A stretch of 64,000 nucleotides of DNA, taken from contig JAQGDQ010000217.1 in the NCBI GenBank assembly GCA_030141605.1, forward strand, positions 1-64,000. Direction: 5' to 3'. The DNA is from Tubiluchus corallicola. Taxonomy: Eukaryota; Animalia; Priapulida. Shown here in pieces: positions 12,669 through 27,400 of the stretch (positions are counted from its first letter, which is position 1; every line of letters begins with the position of its first letter). The translations under genes were made by a program, and so were the position numbers. The notes under the pieces are model-generated. The model did no database searches, was not told the DNA's origin, and was given only the letters and a program-made list of their open reading frames with translations.

Positions 12669-13768
12669 GCCTGCTTGCCTGTTTGTCTGTCACACTTGTT
12701 TGTGTTTTCTAGCAATTTTACGATTTCGTCTATATAAATATACTGCCAGCATTTAACGCACAACGAACGACGCCATTTCTGAAAGTGACGTGGAAATTAT
12801 GTAAAAACCGCTTTATATTTGAACAAGGAGCCGTGTGGGAAAACCGCGCGATTTTCTTTCTCTGTGTATATTCGGGCCATTATAGCGGATGTCGTGTACA
12901 GTATCAGTGTGAATGCGATGAATGTGAATGTCTTCATGAAAAACAGAAAAGCTCGCTTACCTATTTCATCACGAAACTACCGGCAGCAAGACACTAATCT
13001 TTCAATCTCTTCGATCATCAAATCCAAAGCTGCTGAGCGTAGCGCAGGATTTCAGTTGTGATGCTTTTTAATCAGTAATGACAGACGAAACAGGTGAGGC
13101 CAAATGGCCAAAATTATTCAGGTTGCTGGAAAACAATCCCATTGCAAACACAATGATAAGAGGTCATACTAGTACCACAAGTTTTCCATCCTCAAAAAGA
13201 TTTCTGTAAAATCTGCAGAGCAGGAGAGAAAGCCATGGAACTTTTATTGCATGGTACTGACTGACTGTGATTAATGTTGTCAGTATATAGTAGGGAAAAA
13301 TAGTGATAATGAAGATTCGTTTCCAGGAAATTGAAGAGTGATATGTCAAGCGATGTGCGCCTGGCTTCCTTAAATCCTGTGGTATAGTTCGAGCAAGTTT
13401 TACCTGTAGCGCTGGCTCTGCATTATTTTGAGTGCCGTTATTATATTACGCGCTTGTTATTATAGCAAGTCTAATTAGATGACGAAATTGTGGCGCAAAT
13501 GTAACGAACATCCCTTGATGCTGAAACATGTCGATGACGAGTCGAGCACAAATTTAAGGTGCAAAATTTTGAATGGTACATGTGACTGAATTGACGCGTA
13601 TGATTCTACTTCAGCTCAAGCTTCGACTGCGTCTGCAAGACTGAAAAAATTGCAGTTTTAGCGAGAGTAACAAGAATGCTGAATCCGTGGTTACCGTAAA
13701 CTCTGATTATAAACTTTAACGCGAGTACGTGCGGTATTGATTTTAAAAGGGCAAAAGTTTTTTGTATA

Positions 13769-14828
13769 ATGGTTGCAGTTCAGAATTTAGCTTTTTTGGA
13801 AAACTTTTCAACAAGTAGAAATGTTACTGGGGTTGATGATATTAGTGAAGACATCGATGCACTTAAAAAAGCCTCTGCACTCATGTTCATACTCACCTGG
13901 TTTATTTTGTTGACGAGTTTTGCCACTGTTCTCACAGTGACCTTGTCTCGGAGCCTTCATGAACTTCCTTACCTTTTCCTTTGTAGTTTGTCTTGCTCTG
14001 ACGCTGTTATGGCAACAGGTTGTTTACTCTTATCTATTCAGCGGTTTTGGGTGTTAAATAACGTGGTGATGTGCAATGCTGTTAGCTTTTGCATCGTGTA
14101 TTCATGCAAGGTTAGTGTTTTGACTTTATTAGCCATTAGCATCGATCGTTTATTTCAAATTTTAAATCCTCTTACAGGGTGCTACATCACTCCTTTTCAA
14201 ACGGTTAGTGTTATAGCTGTTTTGTGGCTCATACCACTCACTATTGACCTTGCAGTTATTTTATCAAATGGTCTGGTTGACTTTGGAGAGCGGTGCATCA
14301 TGGTCATGGTACCTTGGGCATCTGTCAGCTACGTCTTGGTGTCTGTGATTGCCTTGATTTGCGGATGTGGAATGATTTTTTGTTACGTAAGGATACTACT
14401 TATTGCTCGGCGCCATATTCAAATGATGACCTCTTCTGTAGGTGCTGTGACGTCTGCCGGAACACCAAGTCAGTTCAAACGCCATGTCAAACTTGCTAGA
14501 GCTTTTGGGTTAATCGTTGGGCTGTATTTCGTGTTATATTCACCAATGTTCGTTGTTGTCACACTGTATCACGTATGCCATGAACGTTGTGGCATCAGAA
14601 AAGACAGCAGTATTTTTTCCATTTGCGGCGCAATTTTGTTTTGGAACTCTCTTCTTAATGTTATTATCTACTCATTTAATGATAGGCATGTTTAGAATGG
14701 CAGCACAAAAGATTTTTCTTTGCAACAAAATTGGCAGCGGAAGGAACCAAGTTCGAAATGCTTTTCGGGCTGCAGATACTAATAGAAGTCCCGAAGCTAG
14801 GTCTTCACGTGTTGTGTCAATATTTTAG
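13769..14828 (+). CDS. Intronless class A GPCR, paralog 3; 1-bp frameshift at ~14690 stops it at 14695 (308 aa), restored ORF 352 aa
   Basis: All 7 TMs in frame to ...YSFNDRH. The +1 frame continues FRMAAQKIFLC..., matching FRKAAKKVF of the paralogs, to TAG at 14826-14828. AATAAA at 14909-14914. Confidence 0.88.
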
Positions 14829-15039
14829 TTTCGAAACGAGTTCTTACCCTGGCTCGGGTGTCAATACATCCTCTCTCTGCAAGCTAAGCAGCCAAAATCA
14901 GTATGATGAATAAAGCCAGCCCCCTAGAGCAAATGTTGAATGGGAATCACTCATCCACTCACTGGCCAGACCTGAGAAAGATCTGGAAAGCCAACACAGC
15001 TAAGCACGAGCGCATGGTCTTGCAGAAGAGCGTGAGTGG

Positions 15040-15041
<2 letters not shown>

Positions 15042-15098
<57 letters not shown>

Positions 15099-15155
15099 GT
15101 AATCATCTTAGTCATTATCATCATCATCATCAGCAGCAGCAGCAGCACCAGCATC
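15042..15155. repeat. (GA)n followed by (CAT)n(CAG)n microsatellites
   Basis: Directly visible. Confidence 0.95.
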
Positions 15156-16249
15156 CTTGTTACTACTATGATGTCGTAAATTGCTCTAACGTCTTTAACC
15201 TTCTGTAACAGGTAAAGTAAGTTACATAATGAATAGAGTAATGCCAGGTGAATCACTATGTCACCGTCTATCTACTCGGTAATTCGTTGATTCATGTAAT
15301 ACAATATATAAGCTAGCTCAGGAAGCAGTTTCCTGGGAAAACCTGTTGGAAACCTGTGTAAAAGACGTGCAACAGGTTTAGAAAAACAAATAAAATTACT
15401 TTCAGTCCGATGCATTTAATCTCCCAACAACAAAAAACAACTAAAGTTTGTGACATTAGGCACAAATCATTAAAGTTCTCAACATGGTGCCGATTTAATT
15501 TGACTATGGTATTAAAGTCCTCGACAGCATTATTTTACTGCGTTATCATTACTGTGCGCAATAATAACTATTAGTGAGGCGGATGATAATTTGTTATAAG
15601 AGTAGGCTAACTACCCCATCTACTCCTACCGTATTTATAGTATTTCAAAACTTGGTCATGATGTGTGTTTGGCGACTGAAATTAAGAATGGCTCCGAGAA
15701 GTCAATAATGGTTGAGTGATCACTTGGTTCAACACTCACTTAGCAGGTGCATTCATCCATGTAATTCTGCTGTTTAGTTGGTAAATGAAGGGTGTAAAGG
15801 ATGTAAAGGTCATGTAATGGTAGTTAAAGTTTCTGCCAGTTCAGTGTCAATCTACATTGAGTAGATCCTGTTCAATTGTGGATTTCGGCTGGCCAATTCG
15901 ACAGATTCCGGCTAGCATAAAAAAGTATATAGCTCTGCCTTGCTTTTTTTATGAAGCCTTTCGTCTCTTTTCCTGATTGATGCTTAATTAAAGGAGAAGA
16001 AAAGACAACTTTCAAGTCATGAAAGACTTTCCACACAAAATTATAGTACTTAGCATTACGCTTACCTGCTTAAAAAATTTTTGTGACTAGAAAGAAAATT
16101 CTAGTAATTTAACATGTTCGCGCCAATTGGTAAGATGTCACTGACTCACCTTCCCAGTGTGCACCACTGACTCACCAAAAAACGTATTTTAAATCTTATT
16201 GACAAATACTGTATAATGTATACTTTTGTTTAGCTAGCGAAGAGTGTGC

Positions 16250-16750
16250 CTCGAATGCTATGATTATTTTTTTCACACTTTAACAATTAACACAGTGTTG
16301 TCTAAACTTGTTTCAAACGACCTACCATCAAAATGGTTGCGCCTAATGGTCTTCCCGGGGGTTTAAATTTACATGTTTTGTACGGCATTACTGCTAACGC
16401 AAGCATATCAGTAAGACAGCATGTAAGAGATATAAAATTTCAAGGCGAATTTTTAAAGTTTTATTTAGTAAGATTGTTTTCTTGTGTTTTAACTTGTCTA
16501 TATTTTCTCATACGTTCGTGTGCGTTTAAATGAGCAAATGATGTATGGGTCTTAAGTCGATGTTATATCTTATTTGTGACATTGAGTTTATCTATAAAAT
16601 CAGTCAGTTGTCTTAATCCTATACGCGTCAAGGTTTGTATTACATTGCAAATGTTTTATTAATTTCTTGTGTGGTATGTAAAATTATTTTAAGATATTTG
16701 ACGTATTTGCTTGTTGAATGCTGTGTTTATTATAAAATTGTCAATAAAAT
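16250..16750 (+). mobile_element. Possible decayed 3' end of a non-LTR retrotransposon
   Basis: ECYDYFFH...LNLHVLYG...VRQHVRDIKF resembles C-termini of CR1/L2-group ORF2; AT-rich tail ending in AATAAA. Confidence 0.35.
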
Positions 16751-17819
16751 GTTTGTAGTGGCGGCATTTAGTGCTTTTATTCTGTATTTCTTTAGTTGTA
16801 AATAATAAGAATTCCTCATAATGACAGTTCCGGGACATTTTTCTAAAGTATTCAATTACATGTTTTACAAAAACATCCTATTCTTGTTTATTCATTAATT
16901 TATTTACTTATTCATCATTCATTCCTTTATTCAGTCAGTCAGTCAGTCAGTCAGCTAGTCGTTCGTTCGCTCGTTCGTTCATTTATTCATTCGTCCACTT
17001 ATTCATTTTTCTTTTATTAGATTGGCATATATTTATAATACGATTTTAGATAACCTATTGTCATAACAAGATATACCTCCCCCCGCCCCCTCGTGGATTT
17101 TCACTTGTGACTGGCGATTTTCTAGGAACAGTACAAGTCATATAGTTTACTTCTGTTGACCCCCGGGCCTCGAAGTATCTTATCTTAATCTTAGGTAACT
17201 TATCTTACCTACTTATCTTAAGTAACAATATTGTAACTTATCTATGAGAAATCAATACCAAGTTAGTTTTCCATATCTCAAGAATAAAAGATGGTGTCGA
17301 ATAAGACTAACTCTATTCGATAAAGGAGGAAAAACTAAGTAGAGCGAGTAGAAAAAACAAAATCTACCCAGATCACCAATCGATTATCATCACTTGTCGT
17401 AGAAAAAATTGAAATATAATTATATAAATAAATACTTATAGAGGCGGCATGCTGACGAGTTTTTCTTGCAGTTGGGCCGAAACAGTCGTAAATATAATTG
17501 TTAATACATAAGTCACTCACTAATTTTATTTTCATTTTTGCAGCTGATCAACAAACGGCGTTCATCTAGTAAACTCTTGTTCGGTTGTTAACAATTTTAT
17601 TAAGCCTACAATTTCTTCTGCTGCCACACTGATTCTAGGAGCAGAGATATAATATTGCTGCGTGATTAGATATAGAAAAGAGCTTGGCATATAGGTGCAA
17701 ATTTAAATCGCTACAGTAGACTTATGAAACTGAGTTTGATGCTACTAAAATTTCCGTGTAATCGTAGACTCAGCCATCAAATGGTCCTTTGGTTCCTGTT
17801 GTAACAGCCATTAAATTTT

Positions 17820-18276
17820 AGTAAATATTCAAAAATAATGAGACACTTTTGATACGGCAACAATTCTATCACTAAACAAGGAGTTCAACTTTGGAATACC
17901 CTGCCATCGAATTTAAAACAAATCAAGTCTTTCGACGAATTCAAATCAAAATTAAAAATACATACATTAAATCGTTTTGAAAACCCTACATACGTAAACG
18001 ATAATATATATTCATCCGCAAATTTTATTTACCCACGTCCATTTTAAATTGTATGTATATATTGTATATAGTCTATTATAATTTGCGTGTAATGTAATTA
18101 TAATGTATATTTTGTTTTAAATTTTTGGCACAGTAGTTTTTAGTTTGCACTGGACGCATTTGCCTTTAACAGTTGTGAATTTTATTCTCATGCTGCGATG
18201 TTCTTTTATGCTTTTATAGTTATGAATATCGATTTTTTTCTGGCAAATAAAGATTATGTATATACATATATATATA
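17820..18276 (+). mobile_element. 3' end of a CR1/L2-group LINE (ORF2 C-terminus, 3' UTR, simple-repeat tail)
   Basis: YGNNSITKQGVQLWNTLPSNLKQIKSFDEFKSKLK from 17853; ends GCAAATAAAG followed by a (TA)n-like tail. Confidence 0.75.
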
Positions 18277-18338
18277 AGTATCTGATGTATAAGAAGTATT
18301 ATTAATTACACGGAAAGCAAAAGGTCATGTTATTTCAG

Positions 18339-18494
18339 GGATACCCATCGCATGTTTTATATGAGGAATTTGTTCAGAAATATAAAATTCTCACAAAGCG
18401 CGATTCTTTACCCGACGACGTGAAAGATGCTGCAGAATTCATCATCCGGATGCTGGATTTGCCTCATAATGAGTGGCAGCTTGGCAGCACTAAG
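18339..18494 (+). CDS. Myo22: Myosin exon: converter region at end of motor domain
   Basis: ttcag|GGA...AAG|gtacgc; [18 protein letters not shown]...WQLGSTK; phase 0-0. Confidence 0.93.
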
Positions 18495-21400
18495 GTACGC
18501 TATTCATTGTCTGTTTCCAGGAGTATATTTAAAGTATAACTCTCTTGAGATTTTTAGTATCATTATTTACTCTTTGTAAATCACGTCAACAATAAGTAAG
18601 ATTTACAGTGTTGGACTTGGCACTACTGTCACTTTTTTCGGAACTAGTTTAGTTTCCAAATTCGACAGTTATGGGTTTTGTCCCGTTACCGATAAATAAT
18701 CTTGAACTTAGGATAAAAATTAATTACCCTCATATTATTTCGGGCTCTGAATTAATTATTAAACATTAGCTCAACCAATTAGTAATTACACTAGTGTGAA
18801 TGGACTAATTGAAAATGCTGAGTTGGTTGGTGAGCCACGAGTATTGAAATTATCATAAGGGCTGAGTAGTTTAATCATGGTGTTGGCCTTGTAACCCAAA
18901 GGTTCCTGGCTCAAATCCAACAAAACAAGTACATATTAAACAAGTACATATAGGTTCATTCCATTAGATTGTAATCGTAACTAAGTTTGGCTGTCCGGAA
19001 ACTTTTATTGCTCTTCTTTGCTCGGACTCGAGCCCGGGGTTTTCCACATCCTAAGTATCTGCGCTAAAAGATGTAATTCATCACAATAAAAGTGCCAATA
19101 ATGTAATTCATCAATGAATATCAGTGAATGTATCAATAGATCACTTAAATAATATAGTGTATATTAGGGCATATAAAATGCCTTGAATAATATAGTGTAT
19201 TTCGACTTTTTAGCCGACTACATATTTTCACTTTACCTGCAAGATTGTCTGTTATTTTTACATTAGTTTCCTACTATTTGCCCAAGATATCTCTAATTGC
19301 AAGACATTTTCGTCATGAAAAATTGTAACTTAATTCACATAGGATAAGTCTCAAATTAAACTGTAATCCCGTACGATTTGATTATCTGTTTGATGATGAG
19401 GTAGACCTTCGTGGTAAAAAAATTGCGTTTCCGCAGCTCGGAAGTCTTATCAAATAAAGTTAATTAAAACCAGGGATTGTTATTTGAAAACAGTGCACCA
19501 AGTTGATGAGTTTCCATCCGAAGCCTATTTATTACTTCTTGCATGTGATATTTTCACCATTGCCAAATTTAATGAATCTTATATGTTTGCATGTTTTTTT
19601 TCTCGTTCATGAATGAATAAGTGAATGAGCGGACAAATGAACGAACAAATGACTGTGCAAATGATCACTACCTGAACTTTTTCTATTCGAGCTTTGGTTG
19701 CATTCTGTGTTACAGGTTTTCTTAAAGCACAATACCTTCGACCAGTTGGAGGAATGGCGCTACAGAGTGCTAAATGAAGCGTCCAGGAATATAGTGAGGC
19801 GGTGGAAGGGGTTTCTAGCTCGAAGAGGTAAGATTGTTTTGTTGGGGTGAATAGTTTCAGTACAAACAAGCTCAGGTATTAAGTTTGTGTAATGTTTTTT
19901 CACTTTGCTTATTACGTGTTCTCGCTAATTTTGTTTTCTTTTTTACTTATTTGGCATGATTACATATTTGTTTGGTTCGCTCATTTGCTTTGAACATTAG
20001 TGGCGCTGTATCTCAAAGTATTTTTAATATTTCTTTATTTTTTATTTTTTTTTACAATTTAGTCAGTTTCCCATCCCCTTTTGTGAATAGGCCTATTCCT
20101 AGAATTTGTTCTACGTTCTGCTCAATAATAGTGTTACGGGAGCGAAATGCCATTATTTACAACATTTGACTGATCCAAATTTGAACACTGGACCTCTTGG
20201 CCGGCCCTGCAAACAATAGTAACGGGAGTTAACGGTTTACTACTCAAAGACTATAAAGTGTGTAGGATGATAAACTTGGTTAATTTACAGTGAGGTCGAA
20301 TTTATTGAGATATTTAGTGACCTTGAGTGGGTTGCTTAAGGTCAAAACCCAACTACATCCGTGTGCTGTAAGGAGTTGGTTTATTTGTAAGGCCAGATTT
20401 TAGTGGAGTAGTCAGTGACCGTGAGAATGCGAGTCAAAGTCAAAACGCAAAAAATATTGAATTTGGGCAACCAGACTTAAGTAACTTATAGTACCACGTG
20501 TCTAACTGTAAAGAATCCCAAAAAACAATTTAAAGGAAACGAAATAAAAAAGCAACATTTAAAAGCTGGCTGGAAGTCACATTAATAGAGTAGATTAGAA
20601 TGGGCTTTCTCTCAACAAGCTATGTATTTGAAGTGCATTTAAGAACACTTTAAATAGAATAATAAGCAAATATGTGCAGAATATGTTTTATTTAAGTTGT
20701 CTCTCTCTCACACACACAACACCTCACCTCTTTTTAATACTTTTCCAAGTCTTCAATTGCTTGAAATTTTCATACTATAATAAAATCACGATATTGAACA
20801 AAGCTTAAGGTCTGAAATACAGCAAAACACGAGCAAAACCTAAAGTACAAAAGCGCAACTAAATAATAGTAAACTAGTGGGTTGTAATAGATTTTCTACT
20901 CTAGATAAATTCTCTATATCTCTTAGTCTTATCGCTTTCGCGTTTCTTTCACACATTTTCTTGGTGCAGTATTCGATCTACAGGTTGGCTTTCACACATT
21001 TTCTTGGCGCAGTATTCGATCTGCAGGTTGCCTGATTAAGTTTCCGGATGAAGGCGTGTTTCGTATTGGGAAGCTTTCTGTTCAACATATCATTTTTATT
21101 TCTTCCTACCTGGTATACCCTCTAAATATTCTTGTTCGTGGAATTTCGTGAGCATGTGACACAGTGATATCTAGACTAACTTGATAATGCATAATCCAGC
21201 TCGAGAAACGTTTTATTAAATTTTATTTATCCTGTTTGAGAAGTAGTAATGTTCTTATATATATATATATCACTTTGCAACAGAAGATAGTTTTTCTGTG
21301 AGATCAATTACTGGCCTCAATCTGCAGTTAATAATTTATAAGTATGATTTGAAACATTTACCGTATATTGTATTACTGAGAAATCTTACAACCTGGATGA

Positions 21401-24400
21401 AAAAGAAGCTGCAGTATGTTCACTTGTCAGAAATACAATACATGATATCGAAACGACAACTTTCTCAAAAACAAGAGCTAATTTCTATTTTGATTCATAT
21501 TTGCTGTTTCTAGTTGTATATTACTTGACTGATATAAAATATTATGGTATGGATAGGATAAGCATATAAGATGAGTCAGTGGATCGACAGAAGTTGTCTT
21601 AACGTTAGCCACAGTTGGGGACGTGCATGCATTGTCCCTCAGGAAATAAATAATCAGGGCAATATAGCAGAAGAAATGGTCCAAAGCTAGTTTCTATTTT
21701 AGGAAGAAACAGGTTTTATTAAACCTGGTAGGAGTTTGGCTTTATTTTCAGATGGTTTCTTTCATTAGCAATTCTGGCTTTTTGAGTTTCTTGTTTTTTA
21801 TGCTACTACCATTCACTTGGTCTATTTTTGATGAAGAAAAGCTTTGTTTCGTTCTTTGTTCTGCAATTTGATAGATCAATAAATTTGGCTTCGTTTAATT
21901 GGTGCTGCATACTTTGTGGTTTTCTTCTTATTTTTAGATAATGCAATTGATTTTTTCCAAACTGGTACATTTTGTAACTTCATATCAAATTTGTTCTACT
22001 TTGAATTTTAAAAGGAAAGTAAGGCTGCATAAAGGATTGCGTTGTTTTAAACTGGTTGGTGGTTACTAGCATTCTTTTTTGAAAATCAATTCTCAGCTTT
22101 TGAATATTATTAATCATAAATCATAATTATGGTTATTTGCTGTAGATTTTAAGAGAAAGAAGCAGGCATGCATTTTAGTGCAGCACAAATTTCGTGCAAA
22201 ACAACAAAGAAGATTGTTTTTACGGCAACGACGAGCCATAATAATTATTCAGGTAACCATTCACAAACTTCCAGTTACCTGTTGCACCTAGTAATGGTAA
22301 ACATCAGACTTATTCAATTTTAATCTTACTAAACAATTATAGTAATAAAATTATTCTGATGTATTTGTGTTTTCTGTTAGATTTAAAATAAATGTTCTAA
22401 ACTTGGATTTAAAATGTTAAAATCGCTGGTATGCCACAAGCACTTACTTTCGAATTTGCAACAGGCGTACACACGTGGAATGTTTGCTCGTGAAGCGGCT
22501 ACCGTCTTGCGAATTCAGAAAATCCAGGAAGAGGAACAAATGAGGGAAAGGGAGAGACAGGAGCGTCTCGCACGTGAACAGCAAGAGAAAGAGGAACAAG
22601 AATATCTTGAGGAATCACTCAGGTATGTAGTAAATGTGCATTGCTAACAGACATAATCAACAGATATTCTCCTGTTGAGTTATCATTTAATTCAATGAAG
22701 ATTGTGCATTTGATATCGTAACATGATTTGCTTTTCATACGTGAATCATGATATTACATGCATGTGCTGTGTCCCACTGTGTTGGTAAGCCTCAGTAAGG
22801 CGGCTTTTTATCTTTTCTTTCTTATCTGTCTGCTTAGTAAGATGATTCAGTAAGCTTACAGACTCCCTTATGCTGTAAAGAACAAACTCTAATTCATTTT
22901 TACGGTTTGCTGAACCTTTAGCTTGCCTGCTGCGTGCACATATAAGAACTGAATTAGCTTGCCAGGCATCTGCTAGGTTGGTGCTGTTTACATCATTAAC
23001 TCTTTCTATACGTGAACAATTTAAATGTCAATTTCCTGGCACTTGAATTAACTCAAAGAAATGGAGTAGTCGTAAAAACTCCATATAATTTTCTATTTTA
23101 TGGCTCTTGTTCACTGCTGATTCTCACTTCATGCGTTATTTTAATGCAGATACGCCCCTTGTCTCTATTTTCTTGCATTGTCGGTCTTGCTGCAGCATGG
23201 TTTTGTGACAGCTGAAGAGAGCTAATGCATGAACGGCAGAGTTTGTTTCACGATGAAGCTAGTCACGCATTCTAGCTGCAGGCAAAACATTAAGCAGAGA
23301 GTCTTGTCAGTCTTTTGGACTTTTCAGTGATCAGAGCATGTTTCTCTTGAGTAAAAATATAATGCCTGTGTTTGAGCATATCAGAAAAAGGAGAATCAAA
23401 TCAGAATCAAACTACACTTTTCATTTTTATCAAATACACATTTGCAGTAGCTCTTAAGACATTCGAGTTGTAAGCGTACAGAGAAGGTTACTAAGTCCCA
23501 TTTGATCTTGAATTTGACCTTGAATGTAGGTAAGTTCTTTTACTGTGCATCCATCCAAAAGTGTAGGCAATTTGCATTTATTGGCTTGCTTATCTACCAA
23601 AGCTGTCAACACAAACAAATTCAAATATTCCAGTGAAGTCCATGGCTGTGAAATAAATTCTCTAGTTAAAATTGCTTTGCCGCTGTAATTTGACTATAAA
23701 CCGCATTAGCAGTTTTGAAGTTGCATTTATTGCCGTGTTTGTTGTAGTTCAGTAGGTCACGCTCCCTACAACTGTTATTCAAAATCAATGCACTATAATT
23801 TAGCTGATTTTCTTCATTAACAATACTTTTATTGATCAGGTCGAGCAGACCTTTTTCTTTTTGTGTTGCCTCTTTTGTGTTGCTTATGTAGTAACAATAG
23901 TTAAGAAGTATTGAGATTTATAATGTATTAAATAGAAAGGTTATTAGTATTTAGCAACATAAGGATTTTTATTTGGCCTCATTAATTTGTTTGTAAATTA
24001 TTCCCATTGTCCTTGCTGCTTTGGTTGTTTTCTCTGATGTATTGTAGATAATGATTAATTAAGTTTCCTGTACATGTTGGTTGTTGCCACCCTTTGTCCG
24101 CCATTCTTACGTAAGCAAGTCATCATTATAATACCTTCCATCCTGTTATTTCTTATTTGGAAGCAGAGGATTGATGGATTTCCCCAGTGCTCTAGGAGCT
24201 TAATTTCTTCATTCTTTACATGACGTAAACATGAACTTTTTAAACTCTGCTGCACTAAGTCGACTTTAGAGTAGCTTTGAAATTAATTAAAAAGCTGTTG
24301 TCAAAGTATATTATATTTGCATTCTCTTATATAGAAGTTTTTTTGAGAAAAAAGGCAGGAGAGGGCTTGTCAGATTGAAAAACTTGTTCCAGATGATATG

Positions 24401-27400
24401 ATCAATAGATAGTGGAAGCTCTTTTCTGTATATTGTTAATTGTGTAGTCAAGTCCATTTTTTCGTGCATTCGTGTTAGTCATGTCAGTGCTTCAAATCTT
24501 CTGACTGGTTAAAATACCCGGCATCAAAAAGGTATTGTTAACCCCACTCCCTTTTTCTTTCTATTTAGTGTTTAGCAACCAGTAGTAGTTTAGATTGCAG
24601 CAACTATTTGGCAAAGTGAATGACTACTGTGTGTGCTTGCTGAAGTTAAGCATTGCAAAGACTGATCAGTGAATGGATGGGTGACCACTAACTTTAATAC
24701 TCACTTTGGGCACTTTGATCTGCTGTACTGTTTGTGAGTATTTACCTAATCAAGGGAGATTGTATCGCATTCAAATCCCGCTGGTACTGCTGCTGCGTTT
24801 TTTGACAATGAGATTATCACATGCACAGTTATTTGCATTGACTAGATTTTCGTTCAGTGCTGGATGTTAGCATGCAGAATGCCTAATTGGGAAAACAAAC
24901 CTATGAATGCCTGCTTGTTTTTCCTATTCAGACTCATTTTTTAACTTTTGTTGATAAAGATTATTTTTTCAGGGCTGCCGAAGAACAGTTAGCTGCCATG
25001 TCACATTTGACAGAGGAATTGAACTTGAAATTTACACAAGAGACGAAGAAAGATGTTGACAGCTTGGATGAGATGTTCAAGTTTCTTAGCAGTGAGAAAG
25101 ACTCTATATGTTAGTATTTATTTGTTGCAACTTACTGAATCATCTACGAGTGGCTTTTCATTAAAGAGACTGCAAAGTTAATACTGTGTCATATTACATT
25201 ATGTTGATTGGTCTAAGTCGGGTGAGTAATATGAAGTGATATCAGGCTGAGTATAGAGACAAACGGTCTTTTGTATTTTAAGAGCAGCACAACTTACTAT
25301 TAAACCAAAGAAATGTTTCCTCGCCCAACGAGAAACAGAGTTCTTAGGCTATGTGGTGGGGCGTAATCCTTTACGTCCTCAAGCAGAAAATTCAGACGAT
25401 ACAAAATTTTCCTCGTCCAGAGACGAAGACTCAAGTAAGAGCCTTCTTGGGCTTAGTGGGGTTTTTACCGTAGATTCATCCCCCACTTTAGCCAAATTGC
25501 TCTACCACTCTTTGAGCTAACTCAAAAGATCCAACCATCTACAGTCACATGGTCTGCTGAGCATGAACAAAGCTTTGTTACCCTGCGTGACTTTCTTACC
25601 TCAGATAGTGTACTCCATAGTCCGAATTTTAGTTTACCTTTCATCGTAACTACTGGAGCATCAATTCGGTGTTTGGGTGCTATCTTGAGCCAGGAACAGG
25701 AACCAGGCAATGAAGTTCCGATTACCTACCTCAGCCGTAAGCTTACGTCTGCTGAGAAGAACTACTCAGCTATTGAGCTGGAGCTCTTAAGTATTGTGCA
25801 TGCTGTCGAGAAGTGGAACTACTATCTCGAAGGGCATGAATTCATAATACGCTGTGACCACTCCCCTTGCAACATTTGCACAAAATGAGGCACTCCAATC
25901 GGAGAATCTCAAGATGGGCACTCATTCTGCAAAACTATTCTTTCACGGTGGAACACCTACCTGGCAGAAAAAATGTGCCTGCTGACACCTTATCATGCAT
26001 ATAATCATATATGTCACAGTTATATATTTTTGCTAAAACACGATCAGCATTTCACATGACAAGTATAACATGCATATTTTGACATGTTCGAAACACAGTG
26101 GAGTACTGCGTGAATACCTAAGTTTTTGGTTGGGAGTAACCCCTTTTCTTTGCTCTTGATATTGAACAAGTCGAAATTGACTTATTTTGGTTCTGTTATC
26201 TGTAAATATGGTTGTTGACTTTTACCCAAAACTTCTTGTAGTGCTGAAACCCTTACTATTTTGCAAGCCAAATATCGGTATTTCAGCACTCGTTTGAGAG
26301 GGGGCCATTGTAATGACCCAGATTAAATCATTGAGCCGTACTTTAACTTGCAGATAAACATTAAGCTTTATTTTCGTATTTTGACACCAGCTTTTCTTTA
26401 CTTATGTTCACTAAGTGTAAATTGTTTCTAGATTGTTATGATCAACTAGGTACTATTTGTTAGTTTAGGGAATGTTAGCCCCCCCTCCCCCCGGGTTGGG
26501 TTGAACGTGTAACTGTACGTTTGTGCATTTAAGCGGATTGAAGCCAAACACATAGATTTCTGTATGTTCATGACACAGATTTCACCGACACGAGATATGC
26601 AACTTGACTTTGGTTGGTTAAACTGCGTTTTTACGTTTTACCTGATTGTCCATTAGCTGAAGTTTGAAAAGCTAATGATCTGTTTGTGGTTGTGGAAGAT
26701 GTCCACTCATTGGTTTACATGGCTTTGCTAATCTTACCATGCCGGGAAGATGTCGTTTAGGATCATGTGAGAGCACCGTCGTGCAGTTGGAAAGGTGCCC
26801 AGCTCGATAGTCCATCGCATGGGACGAAGAAGTTTTCACCGGCCGGGTAGGAACATTATGCCCATAAACCGGAAGGCAAAGGTACCAGTTTATTTACCTT
26901 ATCGTTAATTGGCGCCAGTGGGAGAACTTGTTTTTGATGTGGATTTCTGAGCGCATGTGTGCCTACTGCTCCATTCACACGTCACCCTTTTGATAGACTT
27001 ATGTTGAACATTTAACTACGTTTGTCTCAGACTTTTCGCGTCGTTACTGTGGGAGTCGTGAACTCGTTAAATGAAGTCTGATCTTTAGTCGTTCTAAAGG
27101 ACTCTGACCACAGGAGAAGATATTATGCTAGCGTACGCATTTTGGGGTGGCTGGTAGAGTAAGTAGGAACCCTTTAAATAGTTAGGAACACTGTATGATT
27201 TTTGTATGTTTTGCATTTTCAGATTTACTTTTGCTTATTACTAATTTCCATTGTTTACAAAAAGCTCAATCATACAACTGTTTTTGTTTGTGTCATTAAA
27301 TTTAATATTTTGTTATTTATTCGACTGGTTACAGTTTGATTTTTGAGGTATAGATAGAAAGCCTGTTTTTCATCCATCACACCACAAAAGAATCCACGCT

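Noticed and set aside
14517-14828. Separate 103-aa ORF
   Set aside because: Its C-terminal half is the frameshifted tail of GPCR paralog 3.
18860-19070. tRNA genes (also 38185-38260 and 57910-57983)
   Set aside because: Only degenerate A/B boxes without a full cloverleaf; better explained as SINE heads.
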